Below, piece after piece: positions 1-9,537 of a DNA stretch of 64,000 nt. The stretch comes from an uncultured virus (IMG/VR IMGVR_UViG_3300016371_000006) (taxonomy: Duplodnaviria > Heunggongvirae > Uroviricota > Caudoviricetes). Under the pieces are notes generated by a model that had not been told where the DNA came from, made no database searches, and saw only the letters and a program-made list of their open reading frames with translations. The stretch lies in the IMG/VR virus record IMGVR_UViG_3300016371_000006; one strand, written 5' to 3'. The stretch's first letter is position 1; the number at the start of each line of letters is the position of its first letter. Made by a program: the position numbers and the translations under genes.

Positions 1-529
1 ACGGCACACCCCAGCCATCAGGGATAATGTCCGGATCGGGGAGTTTAGGGTGGTCTGGCTGACCCGGCCACACCCGCCAGCAATTCCATACCGTCAGCAG
101 CGGCGTGAAGCCGCCCCACTCGCAGTGGATGTGACCGATGCCCTCGGTGGTCGCCGACAGCCGAACGGGGACGAAGTCGAAATCGCAGTAACCGCCACCA
201 CCCCCGACCGCCCCTCCGGCAGCCCCGACGCCCGGGCACAGGAAGATCGCGGGCGCGCCGGGATTGGAGATCCCGAAGCTGGGAGTGAAGATCCCGCCGC
301 CGCCGGGGCCGGTTTGGTTACCACCGATACCGGCTCCGGCGGCTCCCGCACCACCGCCGCCGCCGATGTCGCCGAGCGCGCCGCTGAGCGCGCCGCCGAG
401 CGCGCCGCCGCCGGGAAGGGTCGGCGGGCCGGGGACGGGAACGATCGGGTCGGCGTCGGCGTCGGGCGCCTCCGCGAACAGCGCCAGCACAACGCACACG
501 CCGACGGTCCAGAACGCCAGCCTGCGCAT
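1..529 (-). CDS. Secreted/membrane Gly-rich protein, partial (runs off window edge)
   Basis: Hand translation from ATG at 529: MRRLAFWTVGVCVVLALFAEAPDADA (signal-peptide-like), then Gly-rich and Cys-containing segments; no stop seen before position 1. Absent from the ORF track because it is truncated. Confidence 0.5.
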   Translation of the reverse strand, partial: MRRLAFWTVGVCVVLALFAEAPDADADPIVPVPGPPTLPGGGALGGALSGALGDIGGGGGAGAAGAGIGGNQTGPGGGGIFTPSFGISNPGAPAIFLCPGVGAAGGAVGGGGGYCDFDFVPVRLSATTEGIGHIHCEWGGFTPLLTVWNCWRVWPGQPDHPKLPDPDIIPDGWGVP

Positions 530-620
530 ACCGGCAGTATGTGATGGCCACGGAAACTAACTGCGCCAACACGCGCACCGCGTCCCGCACCGTTATCCCG
601 ATGGCGCCCACAATTCACCC

Positions 621-881
621 ATGAGCGACTGGAGAGCCAAGCTGCCCGACTACTGGAAAGGGCTGGTCGCGCTGTTCGGGGCGCTGTTGATCTTCCTGAA
701 CACCCTGGTCGGCCTGAACTTCTGGAGCGAGCGGACGCTGGACTGGATCTCGACGGCGATCGCGTTCGTCACCGCGCTCGCAGTGTTCCTCAAGGCCAAC
801 GTCAACGCCGTGGAGAAGCTGACCGGCGTGGACATCGACCAGGACAAAGATGTCGGCGACCAGGGTGCAACCCCGTCCTGA
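621..881 (+). CDS. Small two-TM membrane protein, holin-like
   Basis: 86 aa with two hydrophobic helices (YWKGLVALFGALLIFLNTLVGL; WISTAIAFVTALAVFLK) and an acidic tail. Confidence 0.6.
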   Translation: MSDWRAKLPDYWKGLVALFGALLIFLNTLVGLNFWSERTLDWISTAIAFVTALAVFLKANVNAVEKLTGVDIDQDKDVGDQGATPS

Positions 882-987
882 GTGCGGGCACCACTCGACG
901 TATCGGCTGATCCGCGCCGACGGCGCCATTTTGACGATCTGCGCGGTGTGCCGCGAGGTGCTGGCGACCGACCACTCGGTGCAGCGG

Positions 988-1686
988 TTAGCTGCCGAGT
1001 AGCTTGAACAGCGCCAGCTCATGCGGGGCCTTGATCACCCCGGCCGGCGCGGGTGGTTCATGGAACACCGCGAGCTTGGGGCCCAGGTTAAACGGCTCGG
1101 CCTCCAGGTCCACGGCCCGCTCGAAGTAGCCCTTCCAGGCGTGGTCGTACCCGTCGGGGTCCCACTCGAAGTTGTTGTCCGCACCCGGGTAGGTGGTGGT
1201 CAGCAGATATGAGCTCTCGGACAGCTTGAACTTGACGAGCACGAGCTCGACCAGCTCGTTGACCGGCAGGTGCTGCAGGAAGTGCCGACACAAGATCAGG
1301 TCGTAGCGTTTGATCTTCTGGACGGTGAGCAGGTTCTCCGGCGAGAATCCGATGGCGATGCGCGTCGGGTCGCCGGTGTAGTCGCCCGTCATCATCCGCT
1401 GGATGCAGATGTTGATGCGGCCCTGATCGACGTCCCAGCCGGTGTAGCTGATGTCGTTCAAATCGACCAGCCGCATCCAGTTCCAGTCGCCGCACGCGGC
1501 GTCCAGCACACGGCGAATATCGTACTTGCGGAAGATGGTGGGCAGCCACTGCCGCAGTTCCTCGGTGGAAGCCACCGTGGCCAGCGGGCCGTCGGCGGTT
1601 TCGGGCCGCTGCTCGAACAGCCGGGAATCCTCCCACAGCCCGCGCACCTCGCTCCAGGCGTTGGCCTGCTCCTCGACAAATCCCAT
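988..1686 (-). CDS. Class I SAM-dependent methyltransferase
   Basis: VLDAACGDWNWM motif I, YTGWDVD, DLILCRHFLQHL; RBS GGAGG upstream; paralog of 62122-63237. Confidence 0.8.
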   Translation of the reverse strand: MGFVEEQANAWSEVRGLWEDSRLFEQRPETADGPLATVASTEELRQWLPTIFRKYDIRRVLDAACGDWNWMRLVDLNDISYTGWDVDQGRINICIQRMMTGDYTGDPTRIAIGFSPENLLTVQKIKRYDLILCRHFLQHLPVNELVELVLVKFKLSESSYLLTTTYPGADNNFEWDPDGYDHAWKGYFERAVDLEAEPFNLGPKLAVFHEPPAPAGVIKAPHELALFKLLGS

Positions 1687-1766
1687 CTGCCCTCCTAGTT
1701 AACGTGACTATCTGTGGTCCTTATAGTCGGCAAACCCTGGCAAACACGGTGTCCGTGCGTGGACAC

Positions 1767-2888
1767 CTAGACCTCGTCCTCGAGCTCGCCGAGGCACGCG
1801 CACTGGTCGCACAGGATGCCGTGCCACTGGTGGTGACAGCGGCCGCACTTCGGGAAGCGGTTGACCTGATAGTCGTCGACCGGGCCGGCGCGGATCTCGT
1901 CGTTGACCAGCCGGTCGATCTCGTCGACGACCTCCGATTCCGGCTTGATCGACGCCATCCACGGCGTCACGTCGCGGCCGCGGATTCGTTCAAACTCCTG
2001 CCGGGTGATCGGGTCGGGGTAGGGCGCCAACCCCTCGCGCTCGCGGATCTCGTTCGGCGTGTACGCCGCCGCCATCATTGCGCCCGGCACCCCGTACATC
2101 GCGGCGATCTCCTCACGGTTGGCGAAACCACCGCGCAGCGTCTCGATATCCGCGAGAGTCCAGCCGCCCCGCCCGTCGAACACCAGCACCTGGTCCTCGG
2201 TGGGCGGTCCGCTGATCTCGACGCCCGGCAGCCGGTTGGTGCGCCGCTGGCGCATCTCGTAGCACTCCTGGCACAACACCCGCGGGTCGCCCGCCTCGAC
2301 CGCGGCCGACGTCCAGAGCGGGATGTAGCGCTCACACTGCCGGCAGCGGTCGGGGCCGGTGGTCGACAGGATCGCCTGTCCGTCCACGATGGTCGGGTTC
2401 ATCGGCCAGTCCAGGTTGGACATCGCCGGATAGTACGTCTGGGCGTCCCACTCGAGGCGGACGTCGGCGCGACGGCGTTCCCGGCAGCCATAGGTGTGTG
2501 AGTCCTGCTGGTAGAAGCCGGGGCGGCAGGTCATCACCTGCGGCACCGGTTGCCAGTGCGGGCCGGGGCAGGTGTGCCACACCACCCGCGCGGTCAGGTA
2601 CTGCGACACCAGGAGGCTTCTCTCGAAGTCGCACCCCATGACATCGTCGTACTGCTGGATGTGGATGAGGAACATCGACGGCGGGTCGGTGAGCACCACC
2701 CGGTCCTCGTCGGGGCCGAAGGTGGCGATGTACTCCTGGATGTTGTCGCGCTCGGGTTCCCAGCGCAGTACGAGCTGGCTGGCCACCCGGGTTTCCCACC
2801 ACATCCACGGCGCCGGCAGCACCACCTGCGGGCCGCCCATCGGGCCGTAGCGGGGCAGCCGGTTCGGGTGCAGGATGATGCGCGTCAT
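1767..2888 (-). CDS. Hypothetical phage protein (Cys-rich segments)
   Basis: 373-aa ORF with GC-type codon usage, overlapping the neighbouring gene. Confidence 0.6.
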   Translation of the reverse strand: MTRIILHPNRLPRYGPMGGPQVVLPAPWMWWETRVASQLVLRWEPERDNIQEYIATFGPDEDRVVLTDPPSMFLIHIQQYDDVMGCDFERSLLVSQYLTARVVWHTCPGPHWQPVPQVMTCRPGFYQQDSHTYGCRERRRADVRLEWDAQTYYPAMSNLDWPMNPTIVDGQAILSTTGPDRCRQCERYIPLWTSAAVEAGDPRVLCQECYEMRQRRTNRLPGVEISGPPTEDQVLVFDGRGGWTLADIETLRGGFANREEIAAMYGVPGAMMAAAYTPNEIREREGLAPYPDPITRQEFERIRGRDVTPWMASIKPESEVVDEIDRLVNDEIRAGPVDDYQVNRFPKCGRCHHQWHGILCDQCACLGELEDEV

Positions 2889-3070
2889 GAGTGCTTCGGG
2901 CAGTAGGTCTTCTTATTCCGCCACGTCCAGCCTTGGGGTAGCTGGTATTTAGCGAAGTCGAACAGGTCCTCATTGTCGGGATCGCCTGACCACACCATCG
3001 CTTGAGCACCGCACCGCGGGTCGTCGCAGTTGACGAATATTTCCAGCGGCCCGAACTGAACGCCGGTCAT
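2885..3070 (-). CDS. Small hypothetical protein
   Basis: 61 aa, CDDPRC...CPKH, 4-nt overlap with the next gene. Confidence 0.6.
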   Translation of the reverse strand: MTGVQFGPLEIFVNCDDPRCGAQAMVWSGDPDNEDLFDFAKYQLPQGWTWRNKKTYCPKHS

Positions 3071-3295
3071 TTAGGTGCGCCGGCCGTTTCTTATCTGGTA
3101 GACGCGGAAGGTGCTCACACCCACCACCTCGGCGATCTGCGGGGCGGTGAGCCCCGCCTGCGACGCCAGCTTGATGCTCTCGCGCCACGTCTCGTCGGCG
3201 AGCTGGGCTTGTACCTGGGTAGCGCTGCGATGCGCGGTGTCGGCGGCGAGCCGCACGGTCCACTGCTCGACGACTTCGGGCGGCACGCTCCCCAC
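3071..3295 (-). CDS. HTH DNA-binding protein
   Basis: GLTAPQIAEVVGVSTFRVYQI helix-turn-helix; start at GTG 3295 is uncertain. Confidence 0.6.
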   Translation of the reverse strand: MGSVPPEVVEQWTVRLAADTAHRSATQVQAQLADETWRESIKLASQAGLTAPQIAEVVGVSTFRVYQIRNGRRT

Positions 3296-3321
3296 GGACC
3301 GCAACGTATCACAGCGTGCTG

Positions 3322-3507
3322 TTAACTTCGGCAGCGTGCGACACAGGGCGCGCGGCGTGTCCTCTCCGACGGGTTGTACGTGCACAGATCGCCGGGTTCC
3401 GCCCCACAGTGTGGGCACTCCTTGGTGATCACCCCGTTGTAGGCACGCGGCCAGCGGCGCTCCATGTTCCCGACGATGTCGGTGTAAGCCTCGCTTGGTG
3501 GAACCAT
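3322..3507 (-). CDS. Small zinc-finger protein
   Basis: CPHCGAEPGDLC motif common in actinophage small proteins. Confidence 0.55.
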   Translation of the reverse strand: MVPPSEAYTDIVGNMERRWPRAYNGVITKECPHCGAEPGDLCTYNPSERTRRAPCVARCRS

Positions 3508-3559
3508 GTCTCGAGTATCTCACGCGGCGTGTCGCCTTGACAGAATTGCCGGATAACTT

Positions 3560-4000
3560 TCACGCCCAGCCGGGTAACGGCGGCGCGATGTCGTCGGTCA
3601 GATACAACGGCCCCTCCGGGGTGAGTACCGGGAAGCGGCCGGGGTTATCCCCGCGGCGCAGGCTCACCCCCAGCCCGTAGGCCACCATCGGGTGCTCGGT
3701 GAAGTAGCCGTGGCACCCGGTGGTGCCCGACCCGCACAGGTGCAGGATGTTGGCCGGGGTCCACAGCCCGCCCTGGGAGCGGTTGATCCGGTGGTGCATG
3801 TTGGTGGCCGCCACGCCGCAGTATTCGCAGCGGCCACCGGAACGGCCCGGCACAGCGAGCCGGGTGGTGCGCTCGTTCCAGACGAACGGTTCCTTACCCG
3901 ACATCGGGCACCACTGCAGGCCGGCGCCGTCAAAGTGGGCATCGACCACACCGTTGTCCACGGTGACCTCACCCAGGCAGACGGGGCACAGCAACATCAC
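3560..4000 (-). CDS. HNH endonuclease
   Basis: CEYCG...HHRINRSQGG...NILHLCGSGTTGCHG. Confidence 0.8.
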   Translation of the reverse strand: MMLLCPVCLGEVTVDNGVVDAHFDGAGLQWCPMSGKEPFVWNERTTRLAVPGRSGGRCEYCGVAATNMHHRINRSQGGLWTPANILHLCGSGTTGCHGYFTEHPMVAYGLGVSLRRGDNPGRFPVLTPEGPLYLTDDIAPPLPGWA

Positions 4001-4317
4001 TCAAGAAACCAGGGTCGGCGCCCTGCCTCGATGTCCTCGCAGAGGCGACGGTGCCCTTCCCATGCCTCGTCTTCCGTCGCGTAGCGCATCTGCGCCTGGT
4101 CGTGCGGATAGTTTTCAGGACCAAACACCATAGATTCGTAGATCGCCAGCTCGCCGCGCCCGAAGTTGTGGTCGAGGCCCAGCCACGCCGTGGAAACCTC
4201 GATGTGTCCCTCAAAGTGTTTCTTGGCGACGATCTTGTACTCGGGGTTCTCGTGCAACCTGCCGAATTCCTCCAGGCTGATCGGGCTGCCCTGCCGGTCG
4301 TAGTAGCCGATGCTCAC
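3997..4317 (-). CDS. Hypothetical phage protein
   Basis: YYDRQGSPIS...EVSTAWLGLDHNF...YESMVF; overlapping GTGA junctions. Confidence 0.65.
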   Translation of the reverse strand: MSIGYYDRQGSPISLEEFGRLHENPEYKIVAKKHFEGHIEVSTAWLGLDHNFGRGELAIYESMVFGPENYPHDQAQMRYATEDEAWEGHRRLCEDIEAGRRPWFLE

Positions 4318-4511
4318 GGCGTGCCGAGCCTCAGCTTCGCCAGCCATTCCCGACCGGCGCGCAGCGCGTCGCCGCGCTTGGCGTAGTGCTTGGCGCCCTG
4401 GTGACACGCGCCGCCCGGTGACGTCCACACCCATACATGCTTGCCGTTGGACAGTTGCTCGACGTCGAGGCTCTCGAACTCGACCGGCTGCCCGTCGGCC
4501 TCAATGCTCAC
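4314..4511 (-). CDS. Small hypothetical protein
   Basis: 65 aa in an overlapping operon. Confidence 0.5.
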   Translation of the reverse strand: MSIEADGQPVEFESLDVEQLSNGKHVWVWTSPGGACHQGAKHYAKRGDALRAGREWLAKLRLGTP

Positions 4512-4869
4512 GGTGGGTTCCGTTCAGGCATCGCGCGATCGCGTCGTCGGCCGCCCAGGTCTGCGCCAGCTCGACGATCGCCATCTCGGCGTCGGTGAGT
4601 TGCCCGGGCGCGTCCGGTTTGTAGTGCGACCGGATGTACTCCCCGGCGTAGGTGATCAGCGACAGGGCTTCCTCGAAATCGCAGCGCGGGCAACGGCCCT
4701 CGGCGAGCGGAGTGCCGATGCGCTCGATCCAGTCACAGAACTCGTCGGGCGTCATCTTGAGCACGTAGCTGGTTTTCCCGTCCGCCGATCGGCCGATGAG
4801 GCACTGACCCTCGGGGTGCAGCTGCATGTCGCGGATGTCGATGACAACCTCGGCGTCCTGGTAAGCCAC
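4501..4869 (-). CDS. Hypothetical protein
   Basis: 122 aa, RBS GGAGG upstream. Confidence 0.6.
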   Translation of the reverse strand: MAYQDAEVVIDIRDMQLHPEGQCLIGRSADGKTSYVLKMTPDEFCDWIERIGTPLAEGRCPRCDFEEALSLITYAGEYIRSHYKPDAPGQLTDAEMAIVELAQTWAADDAIARCLNGTHREH

Positions 4870-5457
4870 GGTATCCTCCCGTTGAATTAGTTTGCTGCGT
4901 AACTCATTTGGTGGCGCAGAATCCCCGCGAGGAAGTGCGCGATCGCTAGAAGATACCCCTGGGTTTCGTTCTCGGGCTCACCGACACTCTCAAGAGCCGC
5001 GATGCCTTGGCTGTAGTGCTCGGCGGGTGTGTCCATTTCCCGAATGGGGTGCATTCAATTCTCCTTCGTGGGGTTCGCCGGCCCCGCCGGAAGGGGGGAT
5101 TCAAGTTCCGGCGGGGGGCTCCCGTCATTCAAACTGTTTTCCCGTTACACGGCAATTCGACACGCCGTGTTAACGCCGCAGTGCCACCAGCTGGGGCACC
5201 GGCATCAACTGGCTAGCTAACCTTTTCGCTCCGTGATTCACCACCTGCCGGGGCCACACCATCACCGCGCACTCATAGCAGATTTCCATCCGCCCCGAGT
5301 GCTCGCGGCACACGCAGCAGTTCATCATGACGCCTCCTTCGCGACGTTTGCTGAACGGAAAGATCACAGTGCGGGCACACCCACGTCCGGGGCGCCACCA
5401 TCCACACCTGTGTGCACCCGCACGGACAGAGCGGGCAGTCACGGTCGGGGTGGTCAG

Positions 5458-5796
5458 TCATCGCGCTCCCCGGCCATGCATCGTGCGCCAGCCGTTGGGC
5501 CGTTCCCGCGTGGGCGTGGCGTCCACGATGGGCTGGCACTCGCGGCACGGCGGCTTAGACAGGTTGAACCCGATCTGGCAGCCCCAGGCGTACTGGCTGG
5601 CGCAGGCTTCACACAAGCCCGCCTGCATCGCCTTGTGCTTGATCGAATCCCAGTTCCTGGCTTGGCGGAGCGTCTCCGGGCGGGCGGATTTTGGGGGTTG
5701 TCGGTGGCGGGGGGTGTGTTCTGATACCCCCCGACTACCGTGTGGCATCATTTCGGGCCCTAGGACCCCGGGAATGGGCATCTGTGTGTCAGTCAT
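5458..5796 (-). CDS. Hypothetical protein (two CxxC)
   Basis: CEAC and CREC motifs; operon position. Confidence 0.55.
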   Translation of the reverse strand: MTDTQMPIPGVLGPEMMPHGSRGVSEHTPRHRQPPKSARPETLRQARNWDSIKHKAMQAGLCEACASQYAWGCQIGFNLSKPPCRECQPIVDATPTRERPNGWRTMHGRGAR

Positions 5797-6464
5797 GGTT
5801 GGGGCTCCGGGTCGGGTTCGGCGCTGTAGTCCGACGGCCCCGGCTCCGGGTCGGGCGGACGTGGCTCGGGCGGCACCTTGGCCTTATCCCGCTCGGTCCA
5901 CTTGGACCGCTCCCGCTTCACCGAGCGCTTCTGCGCGGCGGTGACGATCGCTGCCACCTCGTCCTTGGTGTAACCGGCCGCCACCGCCGCCGCCTCGATG
6001 CGGGCGGGATGACCGGCGATGGCGGTAAGGATCTCGTGCGGCTGGCCCGGCATCCCCGCCTTGGTGCAGTGCGAACCTGCCACAGCCCGGCAGTACGGGC
6101 AACGCACCAGCAGCGGATTGACGTGCAGCAGCGCCTCGTCCGGGTCGTCGTCGTCGAGGTCGCCGAACGACAGCTGGAACTCCTGCATCGCCTTCGCCCG
6201 CGTCTCCGCGCTGGCCGGCCGCGACGTCAGCAGCGAAGCGGGATTCGCGAGCGCATCATCGTGCTCCAGCCGATCGCGGAACGCCTGTAGCTTCTCCCAT
6301 GACGCCTTGACCCGTTGCTCCGGCGTCCAGTCCCGCGGGTAGTCCTCGTCCTCGGGTTCGGCCTTGTCGATCTTGCCGTAGCGATCGCGCGGTAGCGGCG
6401 GGGGTTCGGGGGCCTGCGGCGCGCCGCCGCCCAGGTCGGAGTACGCGTCGTCAGTTGAGCTCAC
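5793..6464 (-). CDS. Hypothetical zinc-finger protein
   Basis: RCPYCRAVAGSHC...HPARI; follows the replication genes. Confidence 0.6.
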   Translation of the reverse strand: MSSTDDAYSDLGGGAPQAPEPPPLPRDRYGKIDKAEPEDEDYPRDWTPEQRVKASWEKLQAFRDRLEHDDALANPASLLTSRPASAETRAKAMQEFQLSFGDLDDDDPDEALLHVNPLLVRCPYCRAVAGSHCTKAGMPGQPHEILTAIAGHPARIEAAAVAAGYTKDEVAAIVTAAQKRSVKRERSKWTERDKAKVPPEPRPPDPEPGPSDYSAEPDPEPQP

Positions 6465-6810
6465 CGCGAACCCTCGTCTTAATCGCGTCGCAAATTTCGT
6501 CAGGTGTTAGGCAACTGGCGTACAACTCCCGGTACTGGTCGTTGTCAATCGGGCAGCGTTCGAATCGGTCCATCCAGTGATCGCGGGCCGCACGGCTGAT
6601 CGCGGCGGGAGCCGGGAAGAACTCATGTTTGGGGTCGTTGGTGTACGTGCGGATACCGGCGAACACGTTGTTCAGGGTCAGCCGGGGAAACTGGCTGAAG
6701 TGATCGACCCAGGCTGCCAATACGCCCGCATCGTTGGCCGGTGGCTGCGATCTCGGATAGAACCCACACAGCCTGGCAATCGCGATACGCACCTCGTACT
6801 CGTCGATCAT
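6451..6810 (-). CDS. Hypothetical protein downstream of the replication initiator (possible helicase loader/inhibitor)
   Basis: Position and FFPAPAAI motif; function inferred from synteny only. Confidence 0.5.
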   Translation of the reverse strand: MIDEYEVRIAIARLCGFYPRSQPPANDAGVLAAWVDHFSQFPRLTLNNVFAGIRTYTNDPKHEFFPAPAAISRAARDHWMDRFERCPIDNDQYRELYASCLTPDEICDAIKTRVRGELN

Positions 6811-7610
6811 GGTTCACTCCCTCCGGCCAACCAGGCCCTTGTGTTGGCGGCCGTGTCGATCGACCGGCCGTTCCGTCGTGGGATTTCCTTAGCGGCTTTA
6901 CGCATCCAGTTCCGCCAGGTCCCCACCCAGTCGATCCTGGTCGCGCGGGCGCCGGTCTGATCGCGCCAGTAGTCCGTGAACGCTCGGTGCTCGCCGCGCA
7001 GATCGACGCCGGGACATTCGGCGTGCATCGCCCGGATCACTTCCTCGGCAGGTTCCCAACCCTCCGGCAGCCGCGTGCCCCTGTTGCGCGCGCGCGCGGG
7101 TGACGTACCCCCATCCGTAACAACAGAAGCTTTTGAAGAAGGGAAGTTAATAACTTCCCCTTCTGGAGAGGTTGTTACTGCGTTAGCAGTAACAACATCC
7201 TGTCCTGTCCTATCCTGTGTAGTTACCGTCTCCGTAGCTTCTACGCAAGATGTCTCTGTAGCATCTACAGCCTGCTTAGCGCGCCACCTGGCCTGGCTCT
7301 CGCGCTTGCTCTTACGGGCAGAAGCCAGCGCCTCATGCTCAGCCCTTGTCGTCTGCGTGTCGATGAACTCGGCGATGAACCACGCTTCGTTTCGCCATGT
7401 CCACAAGGCCGGTGTGGCGGTGGCCAACTCGTCTTCCAGGCCGGGGCTGTAACCGGGGATCATCGGCAAGTCGTCGGGTTCGAGGATGCCGTCGGTCTTG
7501 TTGGAGACGCTCCACATCAGCGCGTTGAAGAACAGGCGGAAACCGGCAGGCGTGAGGCGCTGAATACGGCGGTCAGTTAACCAGCGATCGGGGCACCGCG
7601 CGTCAGTCAC
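6807..7610 (-). CDS. Phage replication initiator/replisome organizer-like protein
   Basis: C-terminal RGTRLPEGWEP...HRAFTDYW...DWVGTWRNWMRKA typical of actinophage replication proteins; central low-complexity AT-richer linker. Confidence 0.7.
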   Translation of the reverse strand: MTDARCPDRWLTDRRIQRLTPAGFRLFFNALMWSVSNKTDGILEPDDLPMIPGYSPGLEDELATATPALWTWRNEAWFIAEFIDTQTTRAEHEALASARKSKRESQARWRAKQAVDATETSCVEATETVTTQDRTGQDVVTANAVTTSPEGEVINFPSSKASVVTDGGTSPARARNRGTRLPEGWEPAEEVIRAMHAECPGVDLRGEHRAFTDYWRDQTGARATRIDWVGTWRNWMRKAAKEIPRRNGRSIDTAANTRAWLAGGSEP

Positions 7611-8157
7611 GGCCCGGCGATTCGTTCAATGGCCTGCTTTGCTGCGCCATATGAGGTATCCTTCTTCTCGGTATCCACTAAATGCAGCCCCTGAGTTTGC
7701 GGCTCAGGGGCTGCAGCCTTTGTCAGCGAGGTGCGACCATCACCAACTTGCGGGTCGCGGTGAAGCCGCCAGCAATCCTGGCGGCTGCCCAACCGAGTGT
7801 GCGGCCGAGCCGATATGCGGGGGAAATTACGGGAGTGGGAGTCAGTGCGTCGACGGCGATCGGTGGTGGCGAAGGCGCCGTCTGCATGACCCACACCTCC
7901 TCATCGCCGTGACTGCCCGAAGCTTCCCGTATCCGGTGTGCATCGGGTCGCTGTGGGTACCGGATTCGGTCCCGTGGTAACCGCTGGCGATGCTGTGTGC
8001 GGACCTTACTCCGCGTTACATACGTGTGTCACGCACCTGAACGAATTTCACAGCCAGATGTGACTTTTCGGCCGCCGGCGCCGTATTGGATTGTTGCCCA
8101 ACAGTTGTCAGCGCGCTGATGGCAGCGCACTACTAGTAGCGCATTACCAACAGCAGG

Positions 8158-9513
8158 TTACAACAGACTCATCTGGTCCGGGTCGGGCTCGCGGCCCTCG
8201 GCCTCGCGCTCCATCCGCTCGTAGTAGCGTTCGTCGGATCCCTCGTCGGGCTCGCCGTCATCCACAGGTTCGTCCCCAGGTTGTTCACAGCCCTGCTCCG
8301 ATGTGGTGTCGGCGGGTTCCTGTTGCTGCGCAGCCTTATTCGCCTCCTCGTCCTCGCGCTTGAAGTAGTTGATCAGGGCGTGCGCCTCGTCGAAGGTGAA
8401 CTCCTTGGAGCTGTTGATGACGCGGTCCTTGTACGGCCAGCCGGGCATCAGGCGGCGAACCAGATTCATGCAGAAGTCCAGCCGCGCCCGCACCCCTTCG
8501 GGGCTGCGATCGTTGTAACCACGCCTGGAGAGGATGGTGCCCAGCGCGGTCAGCTGGCCGTGGGTGACCATGCGCGGTGGGTCCGGGGTCATCATCGCGG
8601 CTTCCCGCGCGGCCTCGATCGCGTCGTAGGCTTCGTCCTCGGTCTGGCGGTGTCCGCCGGTGGACACCTCCTCCGGCTCGCCGCGCTGGGCGGCGGTGCG
8701 CGGCGCGATCCCGGTCGCCTTGATCTCCGGGGTGGTGGGCCGCCGCCGCGAGGGCTGCAGGGCGTCGGACGCGGCCATCTGCTCGACGATCGACGCCCGG
8801 CGAATCCCGCTGTCGGGCACCGGGGTCAGCGCCGGCCGCTCGGCCGCGGGGACCACGGCGACGGTGCCCATCAACAACTCGCCCGGGGAGATGTCCACAT
8901 CGAGCACCGGCACGACGAACCGCTTGGTCCCCTCGTCGGGGCGTTTGATGACCCGTTGGTCCAGGCGCAGGATCGCGGGCAGCGGCTTGCCCTGGCCGGC
9001 GAAGAACTCCAGAGTCTCCACCTGGCCCTTGATCTCCAGCGCGGCGTAGTAGCCGGTGGTGTCCACCCGCCACACCCCGAGCCCCTTGAGATCGCGCAGC
9101 ATCACCGACAGGCGCGTGTGCGGTTCGCACTGGCGGTTCTCCGGGATGCACAGACAGGGCTGCTCACCGATGAACTCGGTGATGCCGTCGCAGCGGCGCT
9201 GGCACCCGCCGCCCGACCACAGCTCGTAGTTCTGGGAGAACGCCATCACCGACGGCGGCACGATGACCGGCAGCCGGTCGGCCTTGGTGATGACCTCCCA
9301 CTGCGGGATGCCGGTCGGGGACTCGTCCCACTTGGTGACCGTGCCGCCGTAGAGCTTGGCCGCCTCCTCGACGCGGGCCTTGTCGGTGGAGGTGAGCCGG
9401 AACGTGTCCAGCGCGGCCGGGTGTTTCTTGCCCGAGCGCGGCGACTCGACCTGGCGCCCGAGCCGGATACGGCCGACCTCGGCCAATCTTCGTTGCAGAT
9501 CAAGGATGGGCAT
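8158..9513 (-). CDS. Gp3-like / recombination-directionality-factor-like DNA annealing protein
   Basis: MPILDLQRRLAEVGRIRLG start, CQRRCDG, CLC..C.PHTRLSVML, GVWRVDTTGYYAA; paired with an exonuclease. Confidence 0.7.
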   Translation of the reverse strand: MPILDLQRRLAEVGRIRLGRQVESPRSGKKHPAALDTFRLTSTDKARVEEAAKLYGGTVTKWDESPTGIPQWEVITKADRLPVIVPPSVMAFSQNYELWSGGGCQRRCDGITEFIGEQPCLCIPENRQCEPHTRLSVMLRDLKGLGVWRVDTTGYYAALEIKGQVETLEFFAGQGKPLPAILRLDQRVIKRPDEGTKRFVVPVLDVDISPGELLMGTVAVVPAAERPALTPVPDSGIRRASIVEQMAASDALQPSRRRPTTPEIKATGIAPRTAAQRGEPEEVSTGGHRQTEDEAYDAIEAAREAAMMTPDPPRMVTHGQLTALGTILSRRGYNDRSPEGVRARLDFCMNLVRRLMPGWPYKDRVINSSKEFTFDEAHALINYFKREDEEANKAAQQQEPADTTSEQGCEQPGDEPVDDGEPDEGSDERYYERMEREAEGREPDPDQMSLL

Positions 9514-9537
9514 GAGGGTTCCTTTCTCGTGGGGGTA

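Noticed and set aside
4900..5130. Possible structured RNA in an intergenic gap
   Set aside because: Only one clear hairpin (CCCCGCCGGAA...TTCCGGCGGGG) and a small possible ORF; no recognisable RNA family.
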